This document shows, piece by piece, positions 15,298 to 29,380 of a stretch of 64,000 nt of DNA. The stretch is taken from contig CAXHJY010000138.1 in assembly GCA_964016885.1 (NCBI GenBank), positions 174 to 64,173 on the forward strand, written 5' to 3'. Under the pieces are notes generated by a model. It saw only the letters and a program-made list of their open reading frames with translations. It was not told where the DNA came from and did not search any database. Both the position numbers and the translations under genes were made by a program. The DNA is from Eledone cirrhosa (lineage: Eukaryota). How positions within the stretch are numbered: position 1 is the stretch's first letter; each line of letters opens with the position of its first letter.

Positions 15298-16289
15298 GAA
15301 ATAAGGTCAAAGTTAAAGTAAGTTGATTTATCCGAAAACTTGGATATGCTATTGTTACAAAGCAAACTAACAATTTTTTTTTATTTGTAGTTGCAGTCTG
15401 ACTGGACTGGAAACCATCTACTACAATTCACTTACTCAATTGTTGTATATATTTTACCATTTACTAATAAATATACCCTCCCGCGTGGTCATGAAAACCC
15501 TCTTTCGTGGTCTCTAAGCTCACAAAGCAGAGGGGACATCAAGTTAGATATCAACATTTATTCTGTCCGTTTCATTAAACGGAAAATTGGAAAGCTTTGA
15601 AATATAATTGCCACTTTCTCCCAGATATGAGCACTCTTTGGATAGACAGAGTTGCTCTTGTATAAATGTTCAAAATAGCTGGCAACGCCTGGTGGGAATA
15701 TAACAAATTCAACTGGTCCTTATTCATAAAAAAGAACATTTATGTCCCTTTTTTTGAAATTATATATATTTCCTTTCAAGGAATGTATTTATACTCTCAG
15801 CTGCCTGCAATGGTATCTTTGGAATATTGTTAATCAATTTTTTAGTAATCTACTGATATCAAAATCAGTAGTATATTGAAAAATGGAAAAATAGGGTAGG
15901 GGGCGTTTCGTGATTTCAAGGGACAAAAGGGGGCGTTTGGCTTAAATGGGTTGAGAACCTGTGATCTACATGATATTCGGGGTAGCCATGGTGAGGTATG
16001 GTGAATCAGTGCGTCGTGTATTCTGAAATTTAAGCTTGTGGATACGAAGAGGGTCTTACACAAAAAAATGTCTTAGACAATAAATAATATGTTTATAATT
16101 CTATTTGCAATAGATACAAATGGAAGGATAAACAACCACAAGGCATAGCCAAATTACCTATGATGATAAAAGCACGTTCCAGAAAATGACATTAATATGG
16201 TCTGAAAATGGAAAGGGCTGCCGTCGGTACGGCTGTGTGTATTCCAATTGTTAGATCTCTCGCTCTGATTGATCGAAAGATCCCAGACC

Positions 16290-16512
16290 TCATTTGCTTG
16301 CCTAGAGGGGTGGACCTCCTCAAATCGGACTAAGGAAACAATGTTTCCATTGGTCTTTCCATTGTTAATACTATCTAACTGTCGCAACCCCTAGCAAACA
16401 GAGCAACGTGAAATAAGGTGTCTGGCTGAAGGAGAAAACACATCACCCGGTCCGAGAATTGAACTCGCAACCTCACGATTGCGAATAAAACTCTTTACCA
16501 GTAAGCCACACA
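16290..16512 (-). mobile_element. SINE family B-related copy (similar to 55380-55592)
   Basis: caaatcggactaaggaaacaatgtttccattggtctttcc...ggtccgagaattgaactcgcaacctc. Confidence 0.7.
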
Positions 16513-17364
16513 TTTTAGAAGAATAATATAAAAGACTAATAGATTTATTTCTTCTTGACTTCCGTTTTGTTTCATCTTGGTTATTTTGTTCTTTATCAAA
16601 GGGATCAATATCTATCTATTGGGTTCGGTTTAGGGTTAACATAGTCAGAGCATATATATCAAAGGGACGAATCACTGCTTCGTCTCTCACACTTATAAGT
16701 AAATGAGGGCCCACGGTCTTGTGGCCAAGCGACCCCGGCGGAAAGAATAGAGAAGGCGTTTCCCCGGAGGATGGTGAGAGCGACGCGTTGGAAGAGCCAT
16801 TCCTGGTCGCGAGGCTCACACCAGCGCGTAGCCACCTCCGTGCCGATGGTATTGAGTAGAGAAGTGGTCCTATGGCCGAGAACACCAGAAGTCTCCACTG
16901 CTACATGCTACGGGCTCGACCCCAAACCTGTCGGAGAGCGACCGATATTTGGGGAGTTTACCTTCCTCGGTCCGAAATGCAGCAGAGCCTGGATTAATCG
17001 CAGACTGCACCAGGTTACCGCTGGAGAAAGGGTCTCTGCATTAGCATCTGAAGGATGGAATGTTAAGAAAGCCGGAATTTTGACTCATTCTTTAAAGTAA
17101 TGTAACAAAATTCCATACACCTGTTTACAGATTTTGCCAGAATAACTATAATGGTTTCGAATTTAGGCACAAGGACAGCAATTTTCAGGAGAAGGAAGAG
17201 TCCATTATATACTTAAATAGTGTTTTATTTTCTCGACACCGGAAGGAAGGCAAATATTAACTCTGCCGGATTTGGTATCGTAATTTAATTCAGTAATATA
17301 TTTACTCCAGTCCTCTGCAGATTCTGTCACGATTACAATGGTAAAACTATAACAAAAATAAAAC

Positions 17365-18120
17365 TATGCGTCGTGGTGGTGGTGATGGTAATGGTGATGG
17401 TAGTGGTGGTGGTGGTAGTGGTGGTGATGGTAATGGTGATGGTAGTGGTGGTGGTGGTAGTGGTGGTGATGGTAATGGTGGTGGTGGTAGTGGTGGTAAT
17501 GGTGGTGGTGATGGTAATGGCGGTGGTGGTAGTGGTGATAATGGTGGTGGTGGTGGTGATGGTAATGGTGGTGGTAGTGGTGGTAATGGTGGTGGTGATG
17601 GTAATGGTGGTGGTGATCGTGGTGGTAGTGGTGATAATGGTGGTGGTGGTGGTGGTGATGGTAATGGTGGTGGTGATGGTGATGGTGATGGTGGTGGTAG
17701 TGGTGGTAATGGTGGTGGTGGTGGTAATGGTGATGGTGGTGGTAATGGTAGTGGTGGTAATGGTGGTGGTGATGGTGATGATGGTGGTGATGGTGATGGT
17801 AATGGTGGGGGTGATGGTGGCGGCGGTGGTAATAGTGATAGCGGTGGTGTTGATGGAGATCATGATGATGGTGATGATAGTGGTGGTGGTGGCGGCGGCG
17901 GTAATGGTGATAGAGATGATGATGATAATGATGATGATGGTTGTGGAAGTGTTGATAATGGAGGTGGTGGTGGTGTGGTGTGGTGTTGGTGGTGATATTG
18001 ATGATGGAGTTGATGATAATGGTGGTGATGATGATGCTGATGTTGATTGTGATGATGATGATGGTGATGATGATGTTTGTGATGATAATGGTTGTGGTAA
18101 TGATGGCGCTGATGATAACT
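17365..18120. repeat. (TGG/TGA/TAA)n compound trinucleotide repeat
   Basis: Directly visible; the Gly/Val/Thr-rich ORFs are artefacts. Confidence 0.95.
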
Positions 18121-18354
18121 GCTTACGAGGAAGATACAATTAAATTACACTATTCAGTTTTTCTCATTTATTTCATTTTCAATATCATTAATATTTTTAT
18201 TTGGAATAAAAATAAAAATTCCTCTCATAATTCTGCCAATATCTTTTTTTTTTTTGTTTGGTTTTTACTTTTTATTTGGTTCTGTTTTTTTTTTCTTTTA
18301 ATGATTCTCTTGTTTTATGTTTACTGTAGAGTTGTTGATTGCTGTTGAGAATGT

Positions 18355-19370
18355 GAGTAGAGGGGGGGGGAAGTGGGAGAGAGGGGGAGAGTATGGGGAA
18401 GGATGTGAGTGAGTAGAGGGAGAGAGAGGAGAGAGAGAAAGTGGGAGAGAGGGGAGAGTATGGGGAAGGATGTGAGTGAGTAGAGGGAGAGAGAGAGGGG
18501 GAATGACAGTAGGGGGAGAGTAAGTGGGAGAGACTGGGGAAGGACGTGAGTGAGTGGGGGAAGAAAGAGAGAGTAGGGTAGGGGGAGAATGGGGGGAGAT
18601 TGGGAAGGATGTGAGTGAGTAGAGGGAGAGAGGAGAAGAGAATGGGGAAGGATATGAGTGAGTAGAGGGAGAGAGGGAGGGGTGAAAGAAGAGGGAGAGA
18701 ATGGGGAATGGTTGGGGGGGCGAGAAGGTCGAGAGTGATGGTGAGAGAGTTATTGGGTGTCGTTGTGTCAGAGGCTGAGATACCAAGTTGAAGAGAGAGA
18801 GAAAGAGATAAAGAAAGAAAGAAAGAAAGAAGCGCCAAAAAAAGAAAGAGAGAAAGAAAGAATGAGAGAAAGAAAGCGAGGAAGAAAGAAAGAAAGAGAG
18901 AAAGAAAGCGAGAATGATACAAAAGCAAAGACAAAAGACAGTGGCGAAAGGTGAGGAAGAAAATAGAAAATGAGAAAAAATGAAGGTGTGGAAAGAAGAA
19001 CAGAAATAGAAGGAGGCTAAGCTAGAAAATGAAAGAAATCGAGTGAGATAGTGTGTATGTGTGTGAAAGAGAGAGAGTGTGTGTGTGTGTGTGTGAAAGA
19101 GAGAAAGAATGAAAGAGAGAAGCGAGAGAGAAAATATAGATGGGGAATGATATGGGAAGATATATAGAGAGATAAAAGATAGAGAGATGACAAAAAAGAA
19201 GGGGAAAACAGAGAGTGAGAAAATGAGGAGGAGGAGGAGGAGGAACCAAGAGAGAAAAGACAGGAAGAAAGAGAAATGGAAAGATAATGAGAGCAATAAG
19301 ATAGATAGAGAGATAGGGGGGAAGAGAAAGATGGCAAAAAAAAAGAAGGGGAAAGAGTGTGAGAAAATAG
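18355..19370. repeat. GA-rich low-complexity tract with a degenerate ggggaaggatgtgagtgagtagagggagag repeat
   Basis: Directly visible. Confidence 0.85.
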
Positions 19371-19659
19371 GTTGGGTGGGCTACCAAGAAGTTCTAATGG
19401 GATTTACAAAGAATACAAAATGTCTGTTTAGTCAAGACAATTATCTCTAATTATTACCGTTGTTTTATGAGAGTTAATTGTAAATTTTGGAGTTAATATA
19501 TAATATGTACGTTGTTGAGTACGAAGATGGCCCTGAAAGACTTGGGGGGGGATTTTCGGAGCACGATAATTACACAAACAAATAAAAGATAAATCTAAAT
19601 TATGTTGCATAAAAACAAACACGTAACAACAAACATATAATAATAATAATAATAATAAT

Positions 19660-19780
19660 AATTGTTTCTACTTTTGTCACAAGACCAGCAAATATTCCAG
19701 TGTATTACGGGGTACTTTATTTTATCGACCTCGTAAGGATGAAAGGCAAAGTTAACCTCGGCGGGATTTGAAATCAGACC
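19660..19780 (-). mobile_element. SINE family A, 5'-truncated, in (TAA)n
   Basis: Consensus match. Confidence 0.85.
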
Positions 19781-19817
19781 ATAATAATAATAATAATAAT
19801 GATAATAATAATAATAA

Positions 19818-20305
19818 TTTACCACATTCTGAGAAGTAGTATGAGCATAAGCCAGAGTCGGTGAAAGAAAACGATCGAGTTAAGGTGCTATGGGATTTCA
19901 GGATACAGACGGACAAGAAATTAGAACACGATAGACCTGACCTGGTGGTTTTTGATAAGGAAAAAAGATCGTGCCTGATTGTAGATGTAGCCTGCCCATT
20001 TGACGCGAGAGTGCCAGAAAAGGATAAGAAAATTAACCGATACAAGAATTTAAAGTGGGAGTTTAAAAATATTTGGGACTGTCATGAGATCAAGGTTGTG
20101 CCGATTGTCATAGGAGCACTAGGTACTATCTCAAAGAGTTTTCAAGGATGGTTAAAGAACATTAGTCCAACACCCTTTTTTGGAACACTTCAAAAGGTAT
20201 GCTTTCTGGGAACAGCAAGAACCCTCTGGTATGTCCTGAATATCTGAGGCTACAGGTAGCGGCTCGATGTTCATTTGAACAGACGTTCCAGTTAAATAAC
20301 ATCAA
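19818..20305 (+). pseudogene. R4/Dong-type non-LTR retrotransposon 3' fragment (restriction-like endonuclease)
   Basis: ORF 19861-20247: LWDFRIQTDKKLEHDRPDLVVFDK..IVDVACP..K..Y..VPIVIGALG, a PD-(D/E)xK RLE; preceded by (TAA)n. Confidence 0.85.
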
Positions 20306-20307
20306 AG

Positions 20308-20822
20308 AATAATAACTTTAGCATCCAAACAGACCGAAAAATAGATGCAAATAGACCTTATATATAACTGAAGGTCTTCAAAAAGGGGGTATGCCTGCTA
20401 ATTGATATGTCCGTTCCAATAGACAAGAATGTGTCTATAAAAACATTTGAAAAATTGAGCAAGACCTGGAGATAGAAATTGGAAAAATGTGGAAGTTGAG
20501 AACTAAAACAATACCAGTGGTTGTAGGCGCTCTAGGAATGATACCTAAGGGGTCTAATGATTACTTATCCCAAATCCTGGGAAACCCGCATATAGAAATT
20601 TAACAAAAGATGCTACTAATGGGAACTGTCCATATACTAAGGAAGATTCTGTCAATATAAATACATCACAAGAGTAAACACCTAAAGATACATGTGTGTG
20701 TGTATGTATGTTCTTTCTTGAACATGGCGGACCTTGTTGTCTGTTGAGGTCACTGGTTGTGACTTGGTGATAACTCGTATGAACATAAAGCAAGATTTTT
20801 AAAAAAATAATAATAATAATGA
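20308..20822 (+). pseudogene. Second, distinct R4/Dong-type RLE fragment ending in (TAA)n
   Basis: FSIQTDRKIDANRPY..CLLIDMSVPIDKNVSIKTFEKLS..DLEIEIGKMWKLRTKTIPVVVGALGMI, read across a frameshift. Confidence 0.75.
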
Positions 20823-21030
20823 TTTCTTATATAGGCACAAGGCCAGTAATTTGGGGGAGGGGGAAGTCGATTAAATCGACTCCACTACATTACTGGTGCT
20901 TTATTTTATCGACCCCGTAAGGATGAAAGGCAAAGTTAACCTCGGCGGGATTTGAACTCAGACCGATGAGGGGCGTAACTCTATGCTGCAAAGCATGGCG
21001 TCCGACCCTCTAGCGGTACTGCCAATCCAC
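20823..21030 (-). mobile_element. SINE family A
   Basis: Consensus match including the tRNA-like head. Confidence 0.88.
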
Positions 21031-21447
21031 AATATCAAGAGGAGAAAGTGCCAACGAAAGGTGGGGAATTACTTAAATGAGATGTCAGCTAATTTAACTG
21101 ACACAAGTGCATGTGTAAATATACACAGACAATGTTTCTTGACATCGATACATAACCATAAATTTGGATGGAGAAGAAAATCGATAAAATCAGAGCAGTA
21201 CTTCACTGGTACTTTATTTTATCCAACCCTGAAAGGAAGTTAAGTAAAGTTGACCTCGGTGTGATTTGACCTCATAACTCAAGATAGTTTGTGGTAGTCG
21301 TTCCGGTTCGATGAGTTCTGATTTCAAATCATTCCGGGGTGCAAATTTCCTTTACATTCTATCGAGATCGATAAAAGGATATACGTCCAGTATTGGCGAC
21401 AATTCTTACTCAATATCTCTTTCAAACTTTCCCTCAATAACTCCCTT

Positions 21448-22803
<1,356 letters not shown>

Positions 22804-22927
22804 TTCACTGGAAGAAATTGGGCTGCATCAGACCCGGAGAAGGGTTTAAAGTACCAAGCTACGCTGTATATCATTATGGCGCCATTACAACTCCATTGCA
22901 GTTTTGAGTTCATACATACATATATAC

Positions 22928-22969
<42 letters not shown>

Positions 22970-23192
22970 GGCATGTATGAGTGTGTATATCGTGTGATTA
23001 ATGAAATTGGAGTTTTTATTATAATAGATTGACATCAATTCAACAAAGTGCGCAAGTCAGGTCAAGTAGTATTGTTAATAATAGAGCCCCTACTACAGTC
23101 TTCCTTTCTATCACTAACTTTATTTCCCCTCTGTCATTCTCGATAATGTTTCGTATTTACTCAACCTCATTCCCCCTGTCTCTCTAACCCCG

Positions 23193-23247
<55 letters not shown>

Positions 23248-23349
23248 CTTGTCTATCTAGCTTCTCTCTCTCTCCTATATATATATATATATATATAGTA
23301 ATAATAAAAAATGTGAAGATTAAATCCGAAGAGGGCTCGATAAGGATTG

Positions 23350-23650
23350 TATATATATAAATTATATATATAAATTATATATATAAAAATTATATATATA
23401 TATAAATTATATATATATAAATTATATATATAAATTATATATATATATTATATATATAAATGATATATATAAATTATATATATAAATTATATATATAAAT
23501 TATATATATAAATTATATATATAAATTATATATATAAATTATATATATAAATTATATATATAAATTATATATATAAATTATATATATATATTATTATATA
23601 ATATTATATATATATATATTATATATATATATTATATATATATTATATAT

Positions 23651-23692
<42 letters not shown>

Positions 23693-23870
23693 ATTATATA
23701 TATATATTATATATATAAATTATATATATATATTATATATATATATTATATATATATATTATATATATAAATTATATATATATATTATATATATATATTA
23801 TATATATAAATTATATATATATATTATATATATAAATTATATATATTATATTATATATATCTATATATAT
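23350..23870. repeat. (ATATATAAATT)-type AT satellite
   Basis: Directly visible. Confidence 0.95.
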
Positions 23871-23875
23871 AAAAA

Positions 23876-24222
23876 TTCCCTAGATCCCATGGACAAGTTC
23901 TCTCCAGCGGTCTCTGTCCCTCATTATCGCTGCCATGTTCTGCGTCTCCAACAGACCAGTGTATGTCCTTAGGGCATCAACATATGTCAACCTCGGTCTT
24001 CCTCTGTCAGTGTGTCCCATGCAGGGGCTCCCACCAAGAGCACCAAGTGCAGTGTCAACCCTGAATGTCGGTGAGCATGTCCAGCTAACCTCAGTCTCCT
24101 CTGTGCTACTCTCAAACTGACTTTGGATGGTCCCGTACAGCTCTTAGTTCTTCGTCCTCAGTGTATACTGATTAATGTTCAGAGCCACCCTCAGCATTCT
24201 CGTGTAGAACCCATCCACCATC
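23876..24222 (-). pseudogene. RTE-type LINE 3' fragment, paralogue of 5815-6155
   Basis: Colinear similarity (ctctccag..ggtctctgtccctcat..tcgctgccatgt..ctgcgtctccaacagaccag..agcattctcgtgtag). Confidence 0.75.
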
Positions 24223-24324
24223 TCCCTCTATATATATATCCTCTGTCTCTCTAACCTCTCCTTCTCTCACTCTCTGATATCCACTTTTCTAAAAAAAACA
24301 GCACCAACAGTTTTGCAAGAGATG

Positions 24325-24530
24325 TCAACATGAATGGACCTATTATTTTTATCTAAAGACATTTTTTCCAATTCCATCCCGCCCGTCCCCTCAATCTATT
24401 TTATTTCTCATTCTTTCTTCTGATGAAGGACTAGCGTCCGAAACGTTAAGACCCTCTTCCTGCTATATCAACGTTAACCTAATATATACCTTCCATATAC
24501 TGTACCGATTGTGTTGCTTTTTCTGTTTAC

Positions 24531-24535
<5 letters not shown>
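24325..24535 (+). mobile_element. Short HHR-bearing element; canonical HHR at 24416-24451
   Basis: tctt-CTGATGA-aggac-tagc-gtcc-GAAA-cgtt-aaga; palindromic stem III AACGTT. Confidence 0.85.
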
Positions 24536-24579
<44 letters not shown>

Positions 24580-24723
24580 CTCTCTCTCTGAATTATTTAT
24601 TTCCCATTCACATTTTATTGTACTTCTCCAGTTAAAACTATTGCTGACTCCGCTACACACACACATATCGGCATGTTATTACCCCGGACTTTAGATGTAT
24701 GTATTATGTATTTCTATATGCAT

Positions 24724-24755
<32 letters not shown>

Positions 24756-24926
24756 CACACACACACACCACACACGCACACACATACACCCCCACACCCA
24801 CACATATATATATAAGTGTTTATCCCGGGTTCAGTCGGGGGTGACCACAGTGAGTAAGGTACTCAATACATAGCAGATTTCTTCCGAATGAAACAGTTCT
24901 AGTCCTGTAGAAGCCATTTCTATACA

Positions 24927-24970
<44 letters not shown>

Positions 24971-25054
24971 GATATTAATAAATGGAAACTATATTTATAA
25001 AATCAGTTATAAAAATATTTGCTTGTTGTATCCCAACAATTTAAATAGAACTTT

Positions 25055-25088
<34 letters not shown>

Positions 25089-26276
25089 TTTATTCAAATA
25101 ACATATTAAAGTTTAAGCAAAGAATCGCTGCTTTCACCCTTAAACTTTAATCTGTTATTTTAATAAATATTTGCTCCAGGGTTCTTATATATTTTATATA
25201 TATTTATCCTTATCGAACCCTCTTTGGATTTTAGTCTTCAAATTTATTATTACTATATATTATTTCTACGTAACAGCAACTGATGTATTATGGAGGGATT
25301 AAATATAAGCAAACAACAAATAAGTCGCTGGTTTCCTTTTTAATCCAATATGGTTGTGAGAATGATAATTCTTCGCTAACGAAATATGTCATAGTAGAAA
25401 GAATCCACAGCTATATCTAATAACTATCACATCAAAATATCATAAATATCATCTCGTTATGTCAGAGTTTCTTATCTACAATGTTTAAGATGATGAAATC
25501 TAAAGCAAACAAATAGAGAGGTTTTCCATCATTTTATTTTGTTTTATGATGTTGTTCAGATAATCCAAACTCTAAACACCCAAACGGGGAGTAACATGAA
25601 AGAAATGTGTGGCAAAATAGGGAGATTTTACATAATGAAAGCTATAACCATTTTCATAAGAAAAGACAACTGTGACTAATCTCAAAGTGGGTGGGAGATC
25701 TCCCCGTCGGACGGGGAAGTTGACAGGTCTGAAAATATATCTTAGTAGAAAGAATCTATAACTGTATCTAATAAGTATCACATCAAAATATCATCTCATT
25801 CTGTCGGAGTTTCATATGTACGATGTTTAAATGCTGAAATCCAAATACAGACATTTTCCTTCATTTGATTATTTTTTAAGTTGTTGTTGCAAGCTAACTT
25901 AGTAAAGGATTAAATGAAACTTTAGAGCAACTATCATTCCAGCCAGACTTTTGTTACATACTTACCAGATGTGTATGTATGTATGTATGGGCTCGTAACA
26001 CCTGATAGAGTCGTAGGGGCGCCGTATTGACATACGGCGTGTGGGGGCATGTTTAAGCCTGGCTGAGCCCATCCCCTACTCAGGTCTGAGTACAGCAGAT
26101 ATTTTCCAGAGAAAGATAGAAAATGAGAGAGAGGAAATGAGAAAGAGATATAGAGGAAGAATCGACCTCAGTATTAGACTGGTACTTTTTTATGGACCAC
26201 GAAAGGATGAAAGAAAAAGTAGACCTCGGCGCAATTTGAAGTCAGGAGGCAGAAAGCCGGAACGAATACTATAATG

Positions 26277-26443
26277 CAGGCATGTCAAACTGAGGGTCCC
26301 ACGAGGACCACACGGGTCACATATGTGTTGTCAGAGGGCCACACACGACAACTATTTTTTTTTATTATTTTATATTACGAAGATAAAACATGCTCGCGCT
26401 GTAAAAACCTTTGTGCGGGCCGCAAGTGTGCTTCATATGCCTG
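26277..26443. mobile_element. hAT MITE inserted into a SINE
   Basis: TIRs CAGGCATGTCAA / TTCATATGCCTG; 8-bp TSD ctataatg/ctataaag; internal gcgggccgc. Confidence 0.8.
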
Positions 26444-27029
26444 CTATAAAGCATTGTATCCGACGTTCCTACGGTTCTGCCAATTCGCCGCTTTAGATGA
26501 TGTGTACAAAAATAGAAAACTGTTTATCCAACAGATATTGGTGAACCAGTAACATTCTATCAAATAAAGTATACAAAGGCAATTTGAATATTTCTTATAT
26601 AGATTCACAAATTATAGATTTTCCACTTTTATTTCCTGGAATATGAGCTGTCTCATTACTGATTACTTCGTCTCTAAATTAGAATATTATTCGGAGCATT
26701 CATTGTTAATCCTGAATATTTATCGATCCAGTCAGAAATGAACTTTAATAATGCTATTTATATATGATAGTAACTTTACAGGATATAATTATTAACCTAT
26801 TGCCAGACGCGCTGAGTTTTTATTGTCATTCAAAATTAGTAAGAAAGTGAGAAAATTATTTAAATTCACTTATATTGACACAAGCATAACAGTATAATGA
26901 AATGTTGTCTTGGAATAATATATTGACAAGTTTTGTACTAACTGAGCAGTTCTTTTGAACAAGTGATGTTTAATATAGCCCCGGGAGAGCGGAATTTAAT
27001 AAACAGAAACTGTGTAGCGTAACCATTAA

Positions 27030-27205
<176 letters not shown>

Positions 27206-27346
27206 ACACAATCAGGAAGGATTAAGTTTGAAACTGGTTAGACGATTTCTCAACAGAGTGCTCGATACCTGGGGCAGTAGAGTATGGTTATGTTATAACA
27301 ATTAGTAGTTGAAACGGTTAGCACTCAGCCGTCGGGTTCCGACTCT

Positions 27347-27400
<54 letters not shown>

Positions 27401-27460
27401 TCATTTCAAAACCTGTCCCCAAACAGGATTTTTATATTAATACTTTCAATAAACATATTT

Positions 27461-27600
27461 CATCATTTCTGAAGATGGCATGTATATGTGAGGGTATGTA
27501 TATCTCCTCTGATAATTTGTAATTTTGTTTACATAGATCTTTAACATGATATACATACCAACACACATATATATATCCCAGAAACGATCGCAAAATGATG
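27461..27600 (+). ncRNA. HHR with ~105-nt extended stem II (element ~27397-27655; second copy ~51240-51705 minus)
   Basis: catcattt-CTGAAGA-tggcatgtatatgtg..ggtatgtatatc...gatatacatacc..cacatatatatatccca-GAAA-cgatcg-ca-aaatgatg. Stem I is a perfect 8 bp; the other copy has the GUA triplet. Confidence 0.7.
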
Positions 27601-27661
27601 AATGTTTCAATAAAAGAAACCTGTTCTTTGTTTTTATTTCATTATTTTTATTAATATATAT

Positions 27662-27979
27662 ATCATCATCATCATCATTTTACGTCCGCTTTTCCCTGCT
27701 TGCAAGGGTGGAACGGGTCTTATTAAGCACGGTCCTTTGTCATCTCCTTAGTGACCTTGAGCGATCTGAGGTCTGCTCTCACCCCGCCGCCCATGATTTT
27801 CGTGGTCTTCTTCTACTGCGTCTTCCTTCTTCTGGGATTTCTTGGCACTTCTTTACCCAGCGGTCATTTTCCATGCGCATCACATGTCCATACCATCGCT
27901 GTCTTCTCTCCCGCACACTACAGCCTATCCCTCTTATACACAGTTCCTCTCTCAACTCGTCTATGCTTAGTCGTTCACG

Positions 27980-27980
<1 letters not shown>
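27662..27980 (-). pseudogene. RTE-type LINE 3' end with (GAT)n tail (family of 53170-53675)
   Basis: SIDELREELCIRGI..VRERRQRWYGHVMRMENDRWVKKC..EGRRSRRRPRKSW. Confidence 0.85.
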
Positions 27981-28039
<59 letters not shown>

Positions 28040-28040
<1 letters not shown>

Positions 28041-28294
28041 AAAGATCAAAAGATGGTTAAAAGGGTTCCAAGTATTTTATTATGCGCATTTCAAAAACAA
28101 ATATCATCATGAGATGATATCTGCGTTTTCATCAGATAAAATAGGGATACATTATATGAAGGTTAAAAAACACTTGTGAATAGTGAAGTTTTAAATCAAC
28201 ATATCTTATATTATTTATACACCAGTCCTACAACTGTAAAGTGGTACTTATCCGATATTTGCATTGCTTTATTGTACTACAATAAAACTCACCT

Positions 28295-28297
<3 letters not shown>
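28040..28297 (-). mobile_element. HHR-bearing element (family of 40138-40525); HHR ~28073-28143
   Basis: Reverse complement of ttttat-CTGATGA-aaacgcagatatcatc-tcat-gatgatatttgttttt-GAAA-tgcgcat-a-ataaaata. Confidence 0.8.

Positions 28298-28329
<32 letters not shown>

Positions 28330-28388
<59 letters not shown>
28330..28388. repeat. (GATA)n tract at the 3' end of Tx1 copy A
   Basis: Directly visible. Confidence 0.98.
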
Positions 28389-28390
28389 TA

Positions 28391-29359
28391 TTTCTTTTAT
28401 TTGCCACTAGGGCATCAAAAGTGGGACAAGTACAAAGGGGGGAGTTTACACAAAAAGGCGTCCTCAATAAGGAGGAGGCAATAACAAAATATAAAAATAA
28501 AATAAGATATAACAAAAAATAAAATTTTTAACAAAATCCTCAATAGAGAGGAGGCGCCTTGGGGGGTCGCACACACCCCCGAAAAAAGTGTGCAACCCTT
28601 CTCCTCAGGAGCACAGAGAAGGGGTGCTCCCTTGGTCTTTCATCTTCCTCACCTATAGTCTGATGTAGAGTGAAGGCCCATTCACACGGGCCATTCTCGC
28701 CACTTTCACCCATCTTTCATAGAAACGGCTGGGGTGCAGCACCTCTCTCTCCATCCTGATCCTTCTTCCGAAATGATATCGGAAGAAACGGACCAGTTGT
28801 TGGCCAGAGAGAAAGGTGCCCGACCTCAGTCCTTTCAGACGCGTCCACCATACAACCTCTTTCGCCATGGCTATTACGCACAGAAACACCGCCTCTGCTT
28901 CATTGAAGGGGGGAGGCGGCTTGATCATTACAATAGACTCGGTGGTCAACCGGATCGGTCCCACCCTTGACAGCAGTTGTTCGACATAGCCCCACAGATC
29001 GGCTACGCCCGAGCAGTGTACTAATGCGTGTGCAACGGTTTCCTCGTCGCACACGCATCTGGGACAGATCTTTTTGGCGGGGTCCCTACCCGGGCGCCCG
29101 TGTCTGTAGAGCCTTTCTCGAACGGGTAAAGCCCCTCGGTAGCACTGCCAGGCCAGGGACTTCTGGAAGTTGTCCATAGGTCCCGGGCTGAATGTCCTAC
29201 CGAACAGGCTGGCCAGTTCGTCCTCCTCCATGTCTAGGGCTTCTCCGAGGGCGTCGTCGCACCTGCTGCGTACCAGCCCTCTATAGAATGTTGCGGTGGA
29301 GTCTCCACTGATAACCGGATCCGCCTGCCAGAGGGCGGTGAGCGCCTGGGCACACTCAG
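28391..29359 (-). mobile_element. Tx1-clade LINE copy A, 5'-truncated (~970 bp), nearly identical to the 3' end of copy B
   Basis: Same sequence as 29381-30352 except for a 3-nt deletion (PFNEAE vs PFKDEAE) and a substitution; AATAAA precedes the (TATC)n tail. Confidence 0.93.
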
Positions 29360-29380
29360 ATAGATAGATAGATAGATATA

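Larger units (their letters stand above)
13545..15963 (+). mobile_element. Decayed hAT (Buster/Charlie-type) DNA transposon
   Basis: Subterminal ggggcgttt repeats at both ends, right TIR-like ggttgagaacctgtg, and transposase remnants inside. Confidence 0.8.

Noticed and set aside
17333-18143. Gly-rich or Thr-rich 'structural protein' ORFs (also 12700-13319)
   Set aside because: Trinucleotide repeat open in all frames on both strands, with no unique coding context or splice signals.
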